Shown: positions 1-12,342, counted from the first letter of the stretch. The stretch is DNA of 64,000 bases from Eledone cirrhosa (GCA_964016885.1 OZ024743.1:224068001-224132000), one strand, 5' to 3'. A program made the numbers and translations. Notes: a model not told the origin generated them from the letters alone.

Positions 1-12
1 TCGTGTTCTAAC

Positions 13-52
<40 letters not shown>

Positions 53-59
53 ATATATA

Positions 60-123
<64 letters not shown>

Positions 124-130
<7 letters not shown>

Positions 131-248
131 AGATTCAGGACCCCGACGGCTGGGGCTCCGGCTGTTTTGACAGCTAGATCCGAACTAGTTTGGATCTAGC
201 TGTCGAAACGGCCGGACCTCAGCCATCGGGGTCCTGAATCTTTTCATA
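124..248. repeat. ~125-bp near-perfect palindrome next to (TA)n, PLE-type inverted end
   Basis: tatgaaaagattcaggaccccga...gatccgaact|agtttggatc...tcggggtcctgaatcttttcata, centre 186/187; the right arm carries GTC-GAAAC, like the 3' half of a hammerhead. Confidence 0.85.
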
Positions 249-320
249 CTACCAGCTCTACTACCCCAAGTATCGAGTACTCTGGTGGGTTATGATCCAC
301 TTGGTATCTTACCACACCCT

Positions 321-419
<99 letters not shown>

Positions 420-509
420 CTAATTTATTTGAGTATTGTTATTATTGTTCTGATTTAATGCCACTACTATATATAGAAGCCATGCCTGTGTATATCCTTC
501 ATTCTCGCA

Positions 510-617
510 TGCTCTGATGAATAGACTGGTTATAACAAAGTATTGGTGATCGATTGACGCAAAAACAGGCGGGTAGCGATCTCTAGACCTACCAGTTCAG
601 AGAAACAATTGTCAGCA
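510..617 (+). ncRNA. Type I hammerhead-like motif with long stem II (imperfect); duplicate at 2628-2735
   Basis: tgct-CTGATGA(514-520)...actggt/accagt stem...GAAAC-aatt-GTC-agca; palindromic stem III acaattgt; base of stem II mismatched. Confidence 0.55.
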
Positions 618-839
618 ATGTGAATAAAGCCCTTATTGTATAACAAACCATGTCACTCTTCTTTCTTGCTTTATTATTACTCCAAGTGTAAAATACATAG
701 AAATCACCGCGTACTCGCAGCATCACTATGGAAACGTCTTGTTGAGTCAAACTTAGCCAAGCGTTAATACTATGCACTACTCGGAGTACCCTAACTGGAC
801 TACATCTAAGTGGGCTACCTATAACAATAATTTGTTATC

Positions 840-890
<51 letters not shown>

Positions 891-1090
891 TAGATAACAG
901 TCAGGAGTTAGAGAAAAACACAATGGAAAACATCCAGTAAATAGCTAACTCCATCCACCAGAGTATTAGAGTTACTATAGACTACCCAAGCAAACACCCC
1001 AACCATCGATTACCTGTACTAGACACAGAGCTCTGGTTAGATACCATCAATAACAAAAAACAAATCCTCCATTCCCATTATGCCAAACCC

Positions 1091-1981
1091 ATGACTTCCA
1101 AATACCTGATCCACCGAAACTCAGCTGTTTCGGACCATACCAAAATCAACATACTGATTGCGGATTTGGTACGGGTGATGAGAAACGTGTCCCGCATGTG
1201 CAATCCTGAAGAACTAGAGAGACACATACAACACTTCATCCACCGTATGCAGTTCTCTGGTTACAATCAGAGAGATAAAATCAGAGTATATAGAGGAGCC
1301 AGAACCAAATGGGAAAAAATGGGAAATAACGACACTAATGGGACCTGCCCCTTGTATAGGAGCAAATTTTGGAATAGAATAGAAATAACTAGGAATAAGG
1401 CTAATAGAATAAACTCATGGTATGATAGCAATAAATACCAGAGTGTAATGTTCATCAATACAACCCCTAGACGTGAATTAGCTTACAAATTCAGAAGGGC
1501 CCTAGATAAACATAAACTCAATATTAAGATAGTAGAAAGACCAGGTACCTCCATAAAAACACTTATTAGCAATACATACCCTTTTCAAAGACCTCCCTGT
1601 ATAGATAAGAAATGTATAATCTGTAAACTAAGCCCCCATATTAACTGTAAAACTAGAAATGTAATATATAGCATAAGATGTACTGAAGGACAATGTAGAG
1701 ATAAAAATATAGTGTACATAGGTGAGACAGCTCGTAGTATAGGGGAACGGATAAATGAACACTGGCGAGACCTTCAAGATAGTAAAGAATCATTTGTACT
1801 CTACCAACATGCTAAAATAGAACATAAAGGTAAATTAGAGAACATAGAAATAAAAATAGAATCTACACACAGAAAAGACGCAATGTTTAGACAAATCACA
1901 GAGGCAATAAACATAAATGAACTCCAACCAAAATTAAATAGAAAACATGAATGGAACAGCAACATCACAACTTACAATTAA
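1091..1981 (+). CDS. PLE polyprotein C-terminal part: RT thumb, Zn linker, GIY-YIG endonuclease (truncated)
   Basis: CIDKKCIIC...CKTRNVIYSIRC...YIGETARSIGERINEH...RQITEAINI...PKLNRKHE. Confidence 0.85.
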   Translation: MTSKYLIHRNSAVSDHTKINILIADLVRVMRNVSRMCNPEELERHIQHFIHRMQFSGYNQRDKIRVYRGARTKWEKMGNNDTNGTCPLYRSKFWNRIEITRNKANRINSWYDSNKYQSVMFINTTPRRELAYKFRRALDKHKLNIKIVERPGTSIKTLISNTYPFQRPPCIDKKCIICKLSPHINCKTRNVIYSIRCTEGQCRDKNIVYIGETARSIGERINEHWRDLQDSKESFVLYQHAKIEHKGKLENIEIKIESTHRKDAMFRQITEAININELQPKLNRKHEWNSNITTYN

Positions 1982-2178
1982 GGACAAAATGAAAACACAC
2001 ACGCACATAGAACAAACAACCAGTAACATGTAAATAAACAAATAAATAAACGAATATAAACACACACAGACACCCGGATGTAACACATGCGCAAACTAAG
2101 CACACAACACACACACAAAAACAAGATGGCGTAGGACAGAACAAAGGAGAGGCACAAAAACAAAGAAAAGAATCCCCA

Positions 2179-2221
2179 GTCACTGAAGAGGTCACAGAAT
2201 GTGTGACGAAAGAACTTTGAC
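2179..2221 (+). ncRNA. Minimal type I hammerhead motif in PLE 3' region
   Basis: gtca-CTGAAGA-g-gtcaca/gaatg/tgtgac-GAAAG-aa-CTT-tgac; stems I and II pair, stem III is minimal. Confidence 0.8.
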
Positions 2222-2429
2222 AATATATAAACAATCATCTGGTTGTGGAACCAACCAACCAACCAGAAATTTATAAATTCCTAAATTTATAAATTTATTA
2301 TAATAAATTGAAGTGAAAACAACTGGTGCGTGTGTTTCTTATTGGCAACATGAACCTCCCAAAGTATAACAATATCGGTTTCAACACACGTTTTCAGATA
2401 AAGAATCTTGCTAAACAAATTCAGAAACG

Positions 2430-2537
<108 letters not shown>

Positions 2538-2957
2538 CTAATTTATTTGAGTATTGTTATTATTGTTCTGATTTAATGCCACTACTATATATAGAAGCCA
2601 TGCCTGTGTATATCCTTCATTCTCGCATGCTCTGATGAATAGACTGGTTATAACAAAGTATTGGTGATCGATTGACGCAAAAACAGGCGGGTAGCGATCT
2701 CTAGACCTACCAGTTCAGAGAAACAATTGTCAGCAATGTGAATAAAGCCCTTATTGTATAACAAACCATGTCACTCTTCTTTCTTGCTTTATTATTACTC
2801 CAAGTGTAAAATACATAGAAATCACCGCGTACTCGCAGCATCACTATGGAAACGTCTTGTTGAGTCAAACTTAGCCAAGCGTTAATACTATGCACTACTC
2901 GGAGTACCCTAACTGGACTACATCTAAGTGGGCTACCTATAACAATAATTTGTTATC

Positions 2958-3004
<47 letters not shown>

Positions 3005-3204
3005 TAGATAACAGTCAGGAGTTAGAGAAAAACACAATGGAAAACATCCAGTAAATAGCTAACTCCATCCACCAGAGTATTAGAGTTACTATAGACTACC
3101 CAAGCAAACACCCCAACCATCGATTACCTGTACTAGACACAGAGCTCTGGTTAGATACCATCAATAACAAAAAACAAATCCTCCATTCCCATTATGCCAA
3201 ACCC

Positions 3205-4095
3205 ATGACTTCCAAATACCTGATCCACCGAAACTCAGCTGTTTCGGACCATACCAAAATCAACATACTGATTGCGGATTTGGTACGGGTGATGAGAAAC
3301 GTGTCCCGCATGTGCAATCCTGAAGAACTAGAGAGACACATACAACACTTCATCCACCGTATGCAGTTCTCTGGTTACAATCAGAGAGATAAAATCAGAG
3401 TATATAGAGGAGCCAGAACCAAATGGGAAAAAATGGGAAATAACGACACTAATGGGACCTGCCCCTTGTATAGGAGCAAATTTTGGAATAGAATAGAAAT
3501 AACTAGGAATAAGGCTAATAGAATAAACTCATGGTATGATAGCAATAAATACCAGAGTGTAATGTTCATCAATACAACCCCTAGACGTGAATTAGCTTAC
3601 AAATTCAGAAGGGCCCTAGATAAACATAAACTCAATATTAAGATAGTAGAAAGACCAGGTACCTCCATAAAAACACTTATTAGCAATACATACCCTTTTC
3701 AAAGACCTCCCTGTATAGATAAGAAATGTATAATCTGTAAACTAAGCCCCCATATTAACTGTAAAACTAGAAATGTAATATATAGCATAAGATGTACTGA
3801 AGGACAATGTAGAGATAAAAATATAGTGTACATAGGTGAGACAGCTCGTAGTATAGGGGAACGGATAAATGAACACTGGCGAGACCTTCAAGATAGTAAA
3901 GAATCATTTGTACTCTACCAACATGCTAAAATAGAACATAAAGGTAAATTAGAGAACATAGAAATAAAAATAGAATCTACACACAGAAAAGACGCAATGT
4001 TTAGACAAATCACAGAGGCAATAAACATAAATGAACTCCAACCAAAATTAAATAGAAAACATGAATGGAACAGCAACATCACAACTTACAATTAA
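3205..4095 (+). CDS. PLE RT thumb/GIY-YIG ORF, copy 2
   Basis: 296 aa identical to 1091-1981. Confidence 0.85.
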   Translation: MTSKYLIHRNSAVSDHTKINILIADLVRVMRNVSRMCNPEELERHIQHFIHRMQFSGYNQRDKIRVYRGARTKWEKMGNNDTNGTCPLYRSKFWNRIEITRNKANRINSWYDSNKYQSVMFINTTPRRELAYKFRRALDKHKLNIKIVERPGTSIKTLISNTYPFQRPPCIDKKCIICKLSPHINCKTRNVIYSIRCTEGQCRDKNIVYIGETARSIGERINEHWRDLQDSKESFVLYQHAKIEHKGKLENIEIKIESTHRKDAMFRQITEAININELQPKLNRKHEWNSNITTYN

Positions 4096-4292
4096 GGACA
4101 AAATGAAAACACACACGCACATAGAACAAACAACCAGTAACATGTAAATAAACAAATAAATAAACGAATATAAACACACACAGACACCCGGATGTAACAC
4201 ATGCGCAAACTAAGCACACAACACACACACAAAAACAAGATGGCGTAGGACAGAACAAAGGAGAGGCACAAAAACAAAGAAAAGAATCCCCA

Positions 4293-4335
4293 GTCACTGA
4301 AGAGGTCACAGAATGTGTGACGAAAGAACTTTGAC
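4293..4335 (+). ncRNA. Minimal type I hammerhead motif, copy 2
   Basis: Identical to 2179-2221. Confidence 0.8.
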
Positions 4336-4543
4336 AATATATAAACAATCATCTGGTTGTGGAACCAACCAACCAACCAGAAATTTATAAATTCCTAAAT
4401 TTATAAATTTATTATAATAAATTGAAGTGAAAGCAACTGGTGCGTGTGTTTCTTATTGGCAACATGAACCTCCCAAAGTATAACAATATCGGTTTCAACA
4501 CACGTTTTCAGATAAAGAATCTTGCTAAACAAATTCAGAAACG

Positions 4544-4643
<100 letters not shown>

Positions 4644-4863
4644 TGGCGGACTGGGTCTAAAAATATTGGTTGCCAGATGAAGGGGGTCCACCTACATATA
4701 GAATGCTATCATTTAATTTTGATAATGAATAAATAACATTTTCGAAAAATACATAAGTGGAAACAAAACAGTGCAATCAAATTTTTGCGGGAAAATATCT
4801 TACCTTCTCCAATAAAAAATATTATGTATTTTAGAAATCCAGAGACTTTCAATAATGACCAGC

Positions 4864-5320
4864 AGTCGACCCTAAATATTACTAATAGCTCTAGGAAAGC
4901 CATGAGCGACACCACAACTTTTTAACTTTGATTTTGAAAGTAGGTTTATAATTATCAATTTTCCTTACTCTTTTATAGCTGTGTCGGTTGCCTAGTTGGA
5001 GGAATTGCAGACGGTGGTGATCCTGGTCTGAAGTTCGATCCTGGTTGGGAGTAGGATTCCCGTTAAGCCTTTTCAGTTTTTTTCTATGGGATGTAAAATA
5101 AAAACTGAAAAACGATTACATGTATCTCTCGACAAGGATTGAACCCTAGACCAGGATCTCAACCGTCTCTAGTACCTACCGCTAGGCCACAGAGGCAGAA
5201 TCTTTACGAGAATCTTCTGAAAATTCATACTTATAAACCTACTTTCAAAATTTTCAAAACAAAGTGTTGTGGTGTCGTTCATGTCTTTCTTAATGTTATT
5301 GCTCCTACTTAAGGTCGACT
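4864..5320. mobile_element. Diverged fold-back (MITE-like) element containing two convergent tRNA-like segments
   Basis: Arms agtcgacc..catgagcgacaccacaac..ttttgaaagtaggtttataa versus ttataaacctactttcaaaa..gttgtggtgtcgttcatg..ggtcgact; A/B-box-like tgcctagttgg/gttcgatcc (4989-5041) and an inverted homologue (5125-5197). Confidence 0.65.
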
Positions 5321-5443
5321 TCTAAATCATTTGGGTGTTCCATAAACTACATCCTCGTTTTGTTTCACATCTATCTAGTCTATATTTTAATTTGTAATCC
5401 ATGTTTCACCTCCTTTCTCTCTCTATCTCTCTCTCCCTCTTTG

Positions 5444-5507
<64 letters not shown>

Positions 5508-5621
5508 ACTTTCTCTCTCACTCTCTTTCTCTCTGTGATATTTGAATCTACTAAGATTTGGGGTTACTTTATTCATATATATATGTTTTAGCATGTCAGA
5601 TTCAAACTTACAATGATTGGC

Positions 5622-5685
<64 letters not shown>

Positions 5686-5910
5686 CAAAAGTTTTATTTA
5701 AAATTGTTGGGTTACAACAAGTAAATATTTTATAACTGATATAAAGCACTCGACAAGTTTTGGAGTAGATATACGATATTAAACTATATTTATAAAACCA
5801 TATTTATTTCATTATACATATTTCGGGGATACCATTTCGGCTTCCTACATAACGGTTGTTCAATATTTATGGTACGTCAAAATTATTTATAAAACTGTTT
5901 ATATATTGTA

Positions 5911-5972
5911 TTTTATCTGAAGAAGGCATGCCATATTTTTAATATGGTATCCCCGAAATATGTGTAATGAAA
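5911..5972 (+). ncRNA. Type I hammerhead motif with partial inverted copy at 5769-5835
   Basis: ttttat-CTGAAGA-..atgccatatt/aatatggtat..-GAAA-tatgtg-TA-atgaaa. Confidence 0.7.
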
Positions 5973-6014
5973 TAAATATGGTTTTATAAATATAATTTCC
6001 ATTTGTTTAATATC

Positions 6015-6292
<278 letters not shown>

Positions 6293-6309
6293 TTATATAT
6301 ATATATATA

Positions 6310-6392
<83 letters not shown>

Positions 6393-6396
<4 letters not shown>

Positions 6397-7044
6397 GGCG
6401 AGGTGTGTTGTTGCAATTAAGTATAATAAATGAAGAATTAGAAATAGAAGTTAGGAATATCCGTCATCAGTTGTCTACTAGCCATCATAGGTATTTCTTC
6501 GCATTACAGACAATATACCTCCAGCTAGGGCTACACAATAACTAAAATAAGTTATTGGGATAAAAAGAGTTGGGTGGAGAAAGAGAGACATGTAAACAAA
6601 CACGAATGGCGAGGCAACGTAAAGAGAGGAAAAAATTAAAAAAATCAAGTCAATAATTCATTTCGAACATAAGAACGGGTGAATATTGACGAGAAGGTTA
6701 AGACACATCTTGGCCGTGCGGATGGGAGCGAGGAAAGGATCCCGTACGGTGTGGGACGATGGAGGAAGTGAGAGAGAGGGTGAGTAGCAGAGAGTGAGTG
6801 AGTGAGTGAATGTGCGAGGAAGAGGCTAGCCGAGAGAGAGTGTCTAGCAGAAGGGGTGAGTGAAAGTAAGAGGGAGAAGGAGAGAGAAGGGGGGGGGGGA
6901 GGATAGCAGTAAGGGAAGAGAAAAAAGACAGGTCACAGCGAAGGGGAAAGCATATATGAATAAAAAAATGGCGAGCTGTGTTGGTTGCAATTAAGTATAA
7001 TAAATGAAGAATTAGAAATAGAAGTTAGGAATATCCGTCATCAG
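6393..7044 (-). mobile_element. Non-coding terminally redundant PLE/retrozyme-like unit (family C, period ~574)
   Basis: Direct repeats 6393-6470 and 6966-7044, pyrimidine-rich sense strand, 3' end abuts (TA)n. Confidence 0.7.
6458..6562 (-). ncRNA. Non-circularly permuted hammerhead-like RNA, copy C
   Basis: Sense: tatcc..aggta-TA-ttgtct..GAAA-tacct..agacaa-CTGATGA-c-ggata. Confidence 0.7.
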
Positions 7045-7166
7045 ACGTCACACACTAGAGATGACTGAGGAAGGAAGGAGTGATGACGTCACACACTAGA
7101 GATGATTGAGGAAGGAAGGAGTGATGACGTCACGCACTAGATATGACTGGGGAAGGCAGGGGTGAT
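7044..7166. repeat. 41-bp minisatellite x3
   Basis: gacgtcacacactagagatgactgaggaaggaaggagtgat repeated three times with a few changes. Confidence 0.9.
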
Positions 7167-7699
7167 GTCAAACTACAGAAAATAGCGTCTAGCGTTCACT
7201 ACACTTGTGTGTACGATTGAAATACACACATACGTATACATACGCGTCAGCGTGTTGAAAAAAATTCTAGTTAAAAAACAAAACTCCATCACTCACATGT
7301 CACAATTTACTATGTGTATCTGATGGTTGAATAACAAAAGAAATATAAATACCGACATATCTCCTATGTCTTAATCAAAATAATATATCACATATCCATG
7401 CGTGATCGAGTGCTTGCGTAAGTTTGTCGTGATTTGGGGGAAAACGAAAATTGGTAATGATCATATTTCTGATTGAAACATATTTTCGCTCTATAATATT
7501 CTTTGGAAACGCTATCTCCTGCATAGACACACACACACGGGTGGAATAAAAGCCGAGGGGGGAGTCTGACAAATTAATAGGCGGAAGGTGGGGATGGTTA
7601 TTCAAGACCTGAGAGGACGGACATAAGAATGAAAATTCTTACTGCCGTGTCTTACTTAAATGAGAATCTATAACTAACCCTGTCTTTACACTATATTTC

Positions 7700-8346
7700 T
7701 GTTGTAGAAACGCGCATGTGGCTAATAAAAATCTTGTAAATTCCGTCTGAATCGTTTTTGACCAGATCTTTAGTTATGCTGACTGGATGGTTAGAATGCT
7801 TACTAATGTAATCTAATTTAACATGTCATTAAGCTTTCTATACGGGTAGCACAAGCCGCTCAAATTCACCACAGATAGGCTGGCCTTAACCTGAATGGAA
7901 AGGTTGAAGCCTTTAAAGAAAGCGATAAGCTTCTTTCTAAACCTATCAATAGCTCGGGATCCACACTTAGTCATAATCAAAAGACCATCATCACGATAGA
8001 GACGCCCACTTACTTTGGGGAAATTCATCCTTGATGGAAAAGAGTAAAAATAGACAAATAAGGTATGTGAACTCCACCGAATCACTGGTGCCCATGCTTC
8101 CGTTGAAGGGGTAGTATTTGATTTTTTAAGAGCTGTCGAAATTGATTTCAGGCTTATGAGCATTTAAGATGACATCAACTTCGAAATACTTAATCTCGGT
8201 GAGCGTTTTGTTGCAACTAATAGATCCAAGAAGTGGTAAAGTGATGGAAAAATAATAGTTGTTGATGTCGATTTAGATAAAGCGGCAGTGTTCCTTGTTA
8301 TGTATGCCCTTGAACCAATCAAACACCGCGAAATAATTATTCCCCA
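7700..8346 (-). pseudogene. Decayed PLE reverse transcriptase fragment (YRDDGL type)
   Basis: ORF 7813-8163 LYRDDGLLIM..IDRFRKKLIAFFKGFNL..YPYRK, homologous to 13293-14336. Confidence 0.75.
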
Positions 8347-8929
8347 TAATGCAATGAAATATCTATGATCTTCGGCAAATCACTGATGAGGGACTTATTT
8401 TATTACATGTTACCATGTGCGACCTGCAGTATTTTTCTCTATATTTTAATACATATATTTACCACTGCGATTCTGTGTTTTTTTCTCTCTCTCTTACTGT
8501 TCCCCCATTCTCTCTGTTTCTCCCCCTCTGTCTTGTCCGTTAACTCTTCCTCACACTTTCACTCACTCACTGTTTTTCTCCCTCTTCTCTTCATTTCATC
8601 CTGCACTCACGAACGCTATTTTTTCTCTCTCTGCTCAATAGCTTTCGTTCGTGTTGGTACTATTCTCTAAGCTCTCATATATTCACCTAGCTTATGCTAA
8701 ACGAATAATTTTTGAAGCTTGTTTCTCCCCTAAGGTATGCTATATTTTCTGTTGTTCTCCTGTCTCACTCGCTTTACGCGTTTTAATTGTCCTAATAACT
8801 TATTTTGGTTATTATTGCACCGAAGTGAGATATATGATTTTTAATGCAATGAAATATCTATGATCTTCGGCAAATCACTGATGAGGGACTTATTTTATTA
8901 CATGTTACCATGTGCGACCTGCAGTATTT

Positions 8930-8933
<4 letters not shown>
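8347..8933 (+). mobile_element. Non-coding terminally redundant PLE/retrozyme-like unit (family A, period 495)
   Basis: 92-bp direct repeats 8347-8438 and 8842-8933, CT-rich interior, followed by (TA)n. Confidence 0.7.
8789..8889 (+). ncRNA. Non-circularly permuted hammerhead-like RNA, copy A
   Basis: gtcct..agata-TA-tgattt..GAAA-tatct..aaatca-CTGATGA-gggac. Confidence 0.7.
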
Positions 8934-9005
<72 letters not shown>

Positions 9006-9092
9006 GTAAAAACTTGGTAAAAACAATATCCAAAGTGTCAAAGCACTCAGTCTGAGGCGAGTTGTGATATAAAATTAAATTACATTATTACA

Positions 9093-9258
9093 TCGGGAGA
9101 GGGTCGGACGCCATGCTTTGACGCATAGAGTTACGGCCCTTGCCATTCTGAGTTCAAATCCCGCCGAGGTTAACTTTGCCTTTAATCCTTATGGGGTCGA
9201 TAAAATAAAGTACCAGTAATACACTGAGTAATTGCAGGCCTTGTGCCAAAAGTAGAAA
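9093..9258 (+). mobile_element. tRNA-derived SINE (dominant family)
   Basis: B box gagttcaaatccc, core gggtcgataaaataaagtaccagt; flanked by attattaca direct repeats. Confidence 0.9.
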
Positions 9259-9272
9259 ATTATTACAACATG

Positions 9273-9395
9273 TGCATAACGCGAATACGCGCGTTTCTTT
9301 GGCATTTTAGATAACGCCAACTTTTCAATTTGCTATGTTATGACCGAATTGAAAAGTTGAATATGCTAATGAAACGCGCGTATCTGCATTATGCA
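9273..9395. repeat. Imperfect palindrome carrying a hammerhead 3' half on each arm
   Basis: tgcataa..tacgcgcgtttc..caacttttcaatt / aattgaaaagttg..GAAACGCGCGTA..ttatgca. Confidence 0.7.
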
Positions 9396-9433
9396 ATAGT
9401 TGTAGTAATTTAATTGTGTGTGTGTGTGTGTGT

Positions 9434-9549
<116 letters not shown>

Positions 9550-9967
9550 ACATATATATGTATATGAGCAGAATAGAACCATCGCTGCGTAATGTGCATA
9601 TAAAGTTACACATTTGTAGTATATAAACATGTAGACACAGTTGCCGAGTATATGTATTTCTGTGAGATCAATCGAAATGACTATCAAACAAATCGAAACT
9701 TCTTTGTCGTTGTTGGTTGCGTCACGCAATTCACTACACACACGCACACACACACACACACTACACATTGCACACACACACAGAGACAACATAATCAACA
9801 TACACATACACACAAACATACACATACTCAACATACACATACGCATACACATGCATACATACACACCACACGCATACACTACACACAGACATACACTACA
9901 CACTCAGACAACGCCCACACAGTCGCATACCAACATATTCCCGCCTGTTCTGGTGTATATTATTTTG

Positions 9968-10148
9968 GGATTGGCAGTATCAGTAGAGAGTCGGACGCCA
10001 TGCTTTGACGCAAAGAGTTACGTCCCTTTACGATCTAAGTTCAAATCCCGCCGAGGTTAACTTTGCCTTTCATCCTTACGGGGTCGATAAAATAAAGTAT
10101 CAGTAATGTGCTGGGTAATTGCTGGCCTTGTGCCAAAAGTAGAAACAA
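9968..10148 (+). mobile_element. tRNA-derived SINE
   Basis: ggattggcagtatc...gttcaaatcccgccgagg...ggccttgtgccaaaagtagaaac. Confidence 0.9.
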
Positions 10149-10346
10149 ATATTTTGACTAAGATGAGCGAGATTTACCACTATCAATATATTTCTTATAT
10201 TTCGTCCAACTGATATAAAGTAGTAATTTATGACAGATTCACACAGCGTCTTGTCAGTGATTATGTTTTTCGATTAATTTGATTTCGCACCACCAGCTAA
10301 ATTATACATGTGTATGTGAATGCACAAATATATATATGTATATATA

Positions 10347-10439
<93 letters not shown>

Positions 10440-10466
10440 TTATATATTTATATATTTATATATATA

Positions 10467-11058
10467 CTTGTCTATTTGTATTCATATGTTCATGTTCGCA
10501 ACAACGCAGCACGCCATTCTTCATTCACATATTTTTCCCTTCACTGTGGTTCGTATTTTTTCTGTCACTTTACTGTTATCACCTTTTCTCTCTCCTTCAC
10601 CACTTGCCTTCCTCAACTCCCGCTGCTGGTCACTCACTCTCGGCTGGCCCCTTCCTCCCACTTTCACTCACTCCCTCTCTGCTTCCCCCCCCCCCCCTCT
10701 CACTTCCTCCCGTCTGACCTGCTTGAATTTCTTTCCTCTCTCAATCTTCTCGCGGCTCGGACGTGTCTATTTCTCCTCGTCAATTTGATTTGTCGGGCTT
10801 AAGCTCACAGGATTCATTGACTTGTCTCTATTTTCCTCTCTTTACGTTGCATACCACCATGTGTTTGTTTCCTCCCCTCTGTTTTCCCACTGTCCCGATA
10901 ACTTAATTGAGTTATCGCTCGCACTGATTTTAGGTATCTAGTCTTTAATGCGTCGAAATACCAACGATAATCAGCAGACTACTGATGAGGACATTTTACC
11001 CCTTGTCTATTTGTATTCATATGTTCATGTTCGCAACAACGCACCACGCCATTCTTCA

Positions 11059-11062
<4 letters not shown>
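10467..11062 (+). mobile_element. Non-coding terminally redundant PLE/retrozyme-like unit (family B, period 535)
   Basis: 61-bp direct repeats 10467-10527 and 11002-11062, (TA)n on both sides. Confidence 0.75.
10891..10993 (+). ncRNA. Non-circularly permuted hammerhead-like RNA, copy B (best preserved)
   Basis: tgtcc..ggta-TC-tagtct..gtc-GAAA-tacc..agacta-CTGATGA-ggaca. Confidence 0.75.
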
Positions 11063-11101
<39 letters not shown>

Positions 11102-11156
11102 GTGAGGTTTTTTTTACAAAATGAAAAATAACCGAGGTGTCCTACACGAGTGGAAG

Positions 11157-11452
11157 TATAAAGAAAAAGGGATGAAATCGAAAATGCAACTGAAGTCTTA
11201 TTTTTTTTTTAAATATATATATTTATTTGGTTCCTTTACCGGTTTCGCAGTTCTTCTGCTTTTCAAAAGGTGAGTTGAGATGGAGGGTCTGTGGTTTTTC
11301 TCACATCTGATGTGAGAAAAACCACAGACCCTCCATCTCAACTCACCTTTTGAAAAGCAGAAGAACTGCGAAACCGGTAAAGGAACCAAATAAATATATA
11401 TATATTTTTTTTAAATAAGACTTCAGTTGCATTTTCGATTTCATCCCTTTTT

Positions 11453-11459
<7 letters not shown>
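11157..11459. repeat. ~300-bp palindrome with a 1-nt spacer (centre 11308)
   Basis: Arms are reverse complements except in an A/T run. Confidence 0.95.
11346..11383 (+). ncRNA. Minimal hammerhead variant U3-A8 (mirror copy 11233-11270 on minus)
   Basis: cctt-TTGAAAA-gcag/aagaa/ctgc-GAAAC-cg-GTA-aagg. Confidence 0.65.
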
Positions 11460-11489
<30 letters not shown>

Positions 11490-11665
11490 TGTAATAAACA
11501 ACATACGGCAATTATTTCATTTACCAGTGGTTTCTTAAAAGCAAAAAAATTTTGCTTTCAATCATCAGAACGAAAAAATCCTGGTGTATTTATTGACGTT
11601 GGATTTTAAAATCAAAAATGCAATCTATATGAAAGTGAGGCTGGAAAAGGAAGAAGGAAAGGATT

Positions 11666-11731
<66 letters not shown>

Positions 11732-11736
<5 letters not shown>

Positions 11737-12321
11737 AGGTTTAGCAAATAATGAAAAAGTTTCAAAATAAATTTTAAAAAATTGACTTTACCTACTATAG
11801 TTACCTTTACCGATCGGTTTCGAATCTCAAAAATAAACGGAGACGATACGGCCTTCGTTGCAAAGAAAGATTCTCGTCAGAAGGTTCTTTTCATTCGAAG
11901 AATATAAAATTCTTGAATTTAAATTACGAACTAGCGCTATCCAAAACTGTTCTCGAGATGAGAGGGAATGAAGTGGAATCAATTTTTTCAAAGGCCGAAG
12001 TAAAGATAGAGGCAGAGGGAGGTAGGTCAAATCGGCCGCCACTATCACTAGCAGCAGTCGGAACGACCAAATTTTTGTCTCAACATAGAGGAGGATAGTA
12101 ATAATAGGATATGTGTTCCTTCACGCACAAGGCGCTAAGGGACGCATGTATTGTCCAACCAAATGCCAATGTGGTTCAATGGCAGGTTAATAAATTAACG
12201 AGCCAGAACATATATAATCAAGGTTTAGCAAATAATGAAAAAGTTTCAAAATAAATTTAAAAAAATTGACTTTACCTACTATAGTTACCTTTACCGATCG
12301 GTTTCGAATCTCAAAAATAAA
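11732..12321 (-). mobile_element. Non-coding terminally redundant PLE-type unit (period 485) in (TA)n
   Basis: ~105-bp direct repeats 11732-11836 and 12217-12321. Confidence 0.75.
11803..11885 (-). ncRNA. Canonical type I hammerhead ribozyme
   Basis: Sense: acctt-CTGACGA-gaatct...agattc-GAAA-ccgatcgg-TA-aaggt; all three stems perfect, GUA triplet. Confidence 0.9.
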
Positions 12322-12342
12322 TATATATATATATATTATATA

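Noticed and set aside
7044-7166. CRISPR-like array
   Set aside because: Head-to-tail repeats without unique spacers, no cas genes, eukaryotic context
8860-8889. SECIS-like reading ATGA..AAA..GGA of the conserved motif
   Set aside because: Spacing is short, ATGA and AAA are not conserved in copies B and C, and covariation supports different pairings
10180-10262. Minus-strand hammerhead (CTGACAA...GAAA)
   Set aside because: Core G8 is missing and no NUH falls in register with stem I
10921-10962. HDV-like ribozyme reading (CGAA before a helix)
   Set aside because: No consistent P3 or P1.1, and the putative catalytic C is not conserved in A or C
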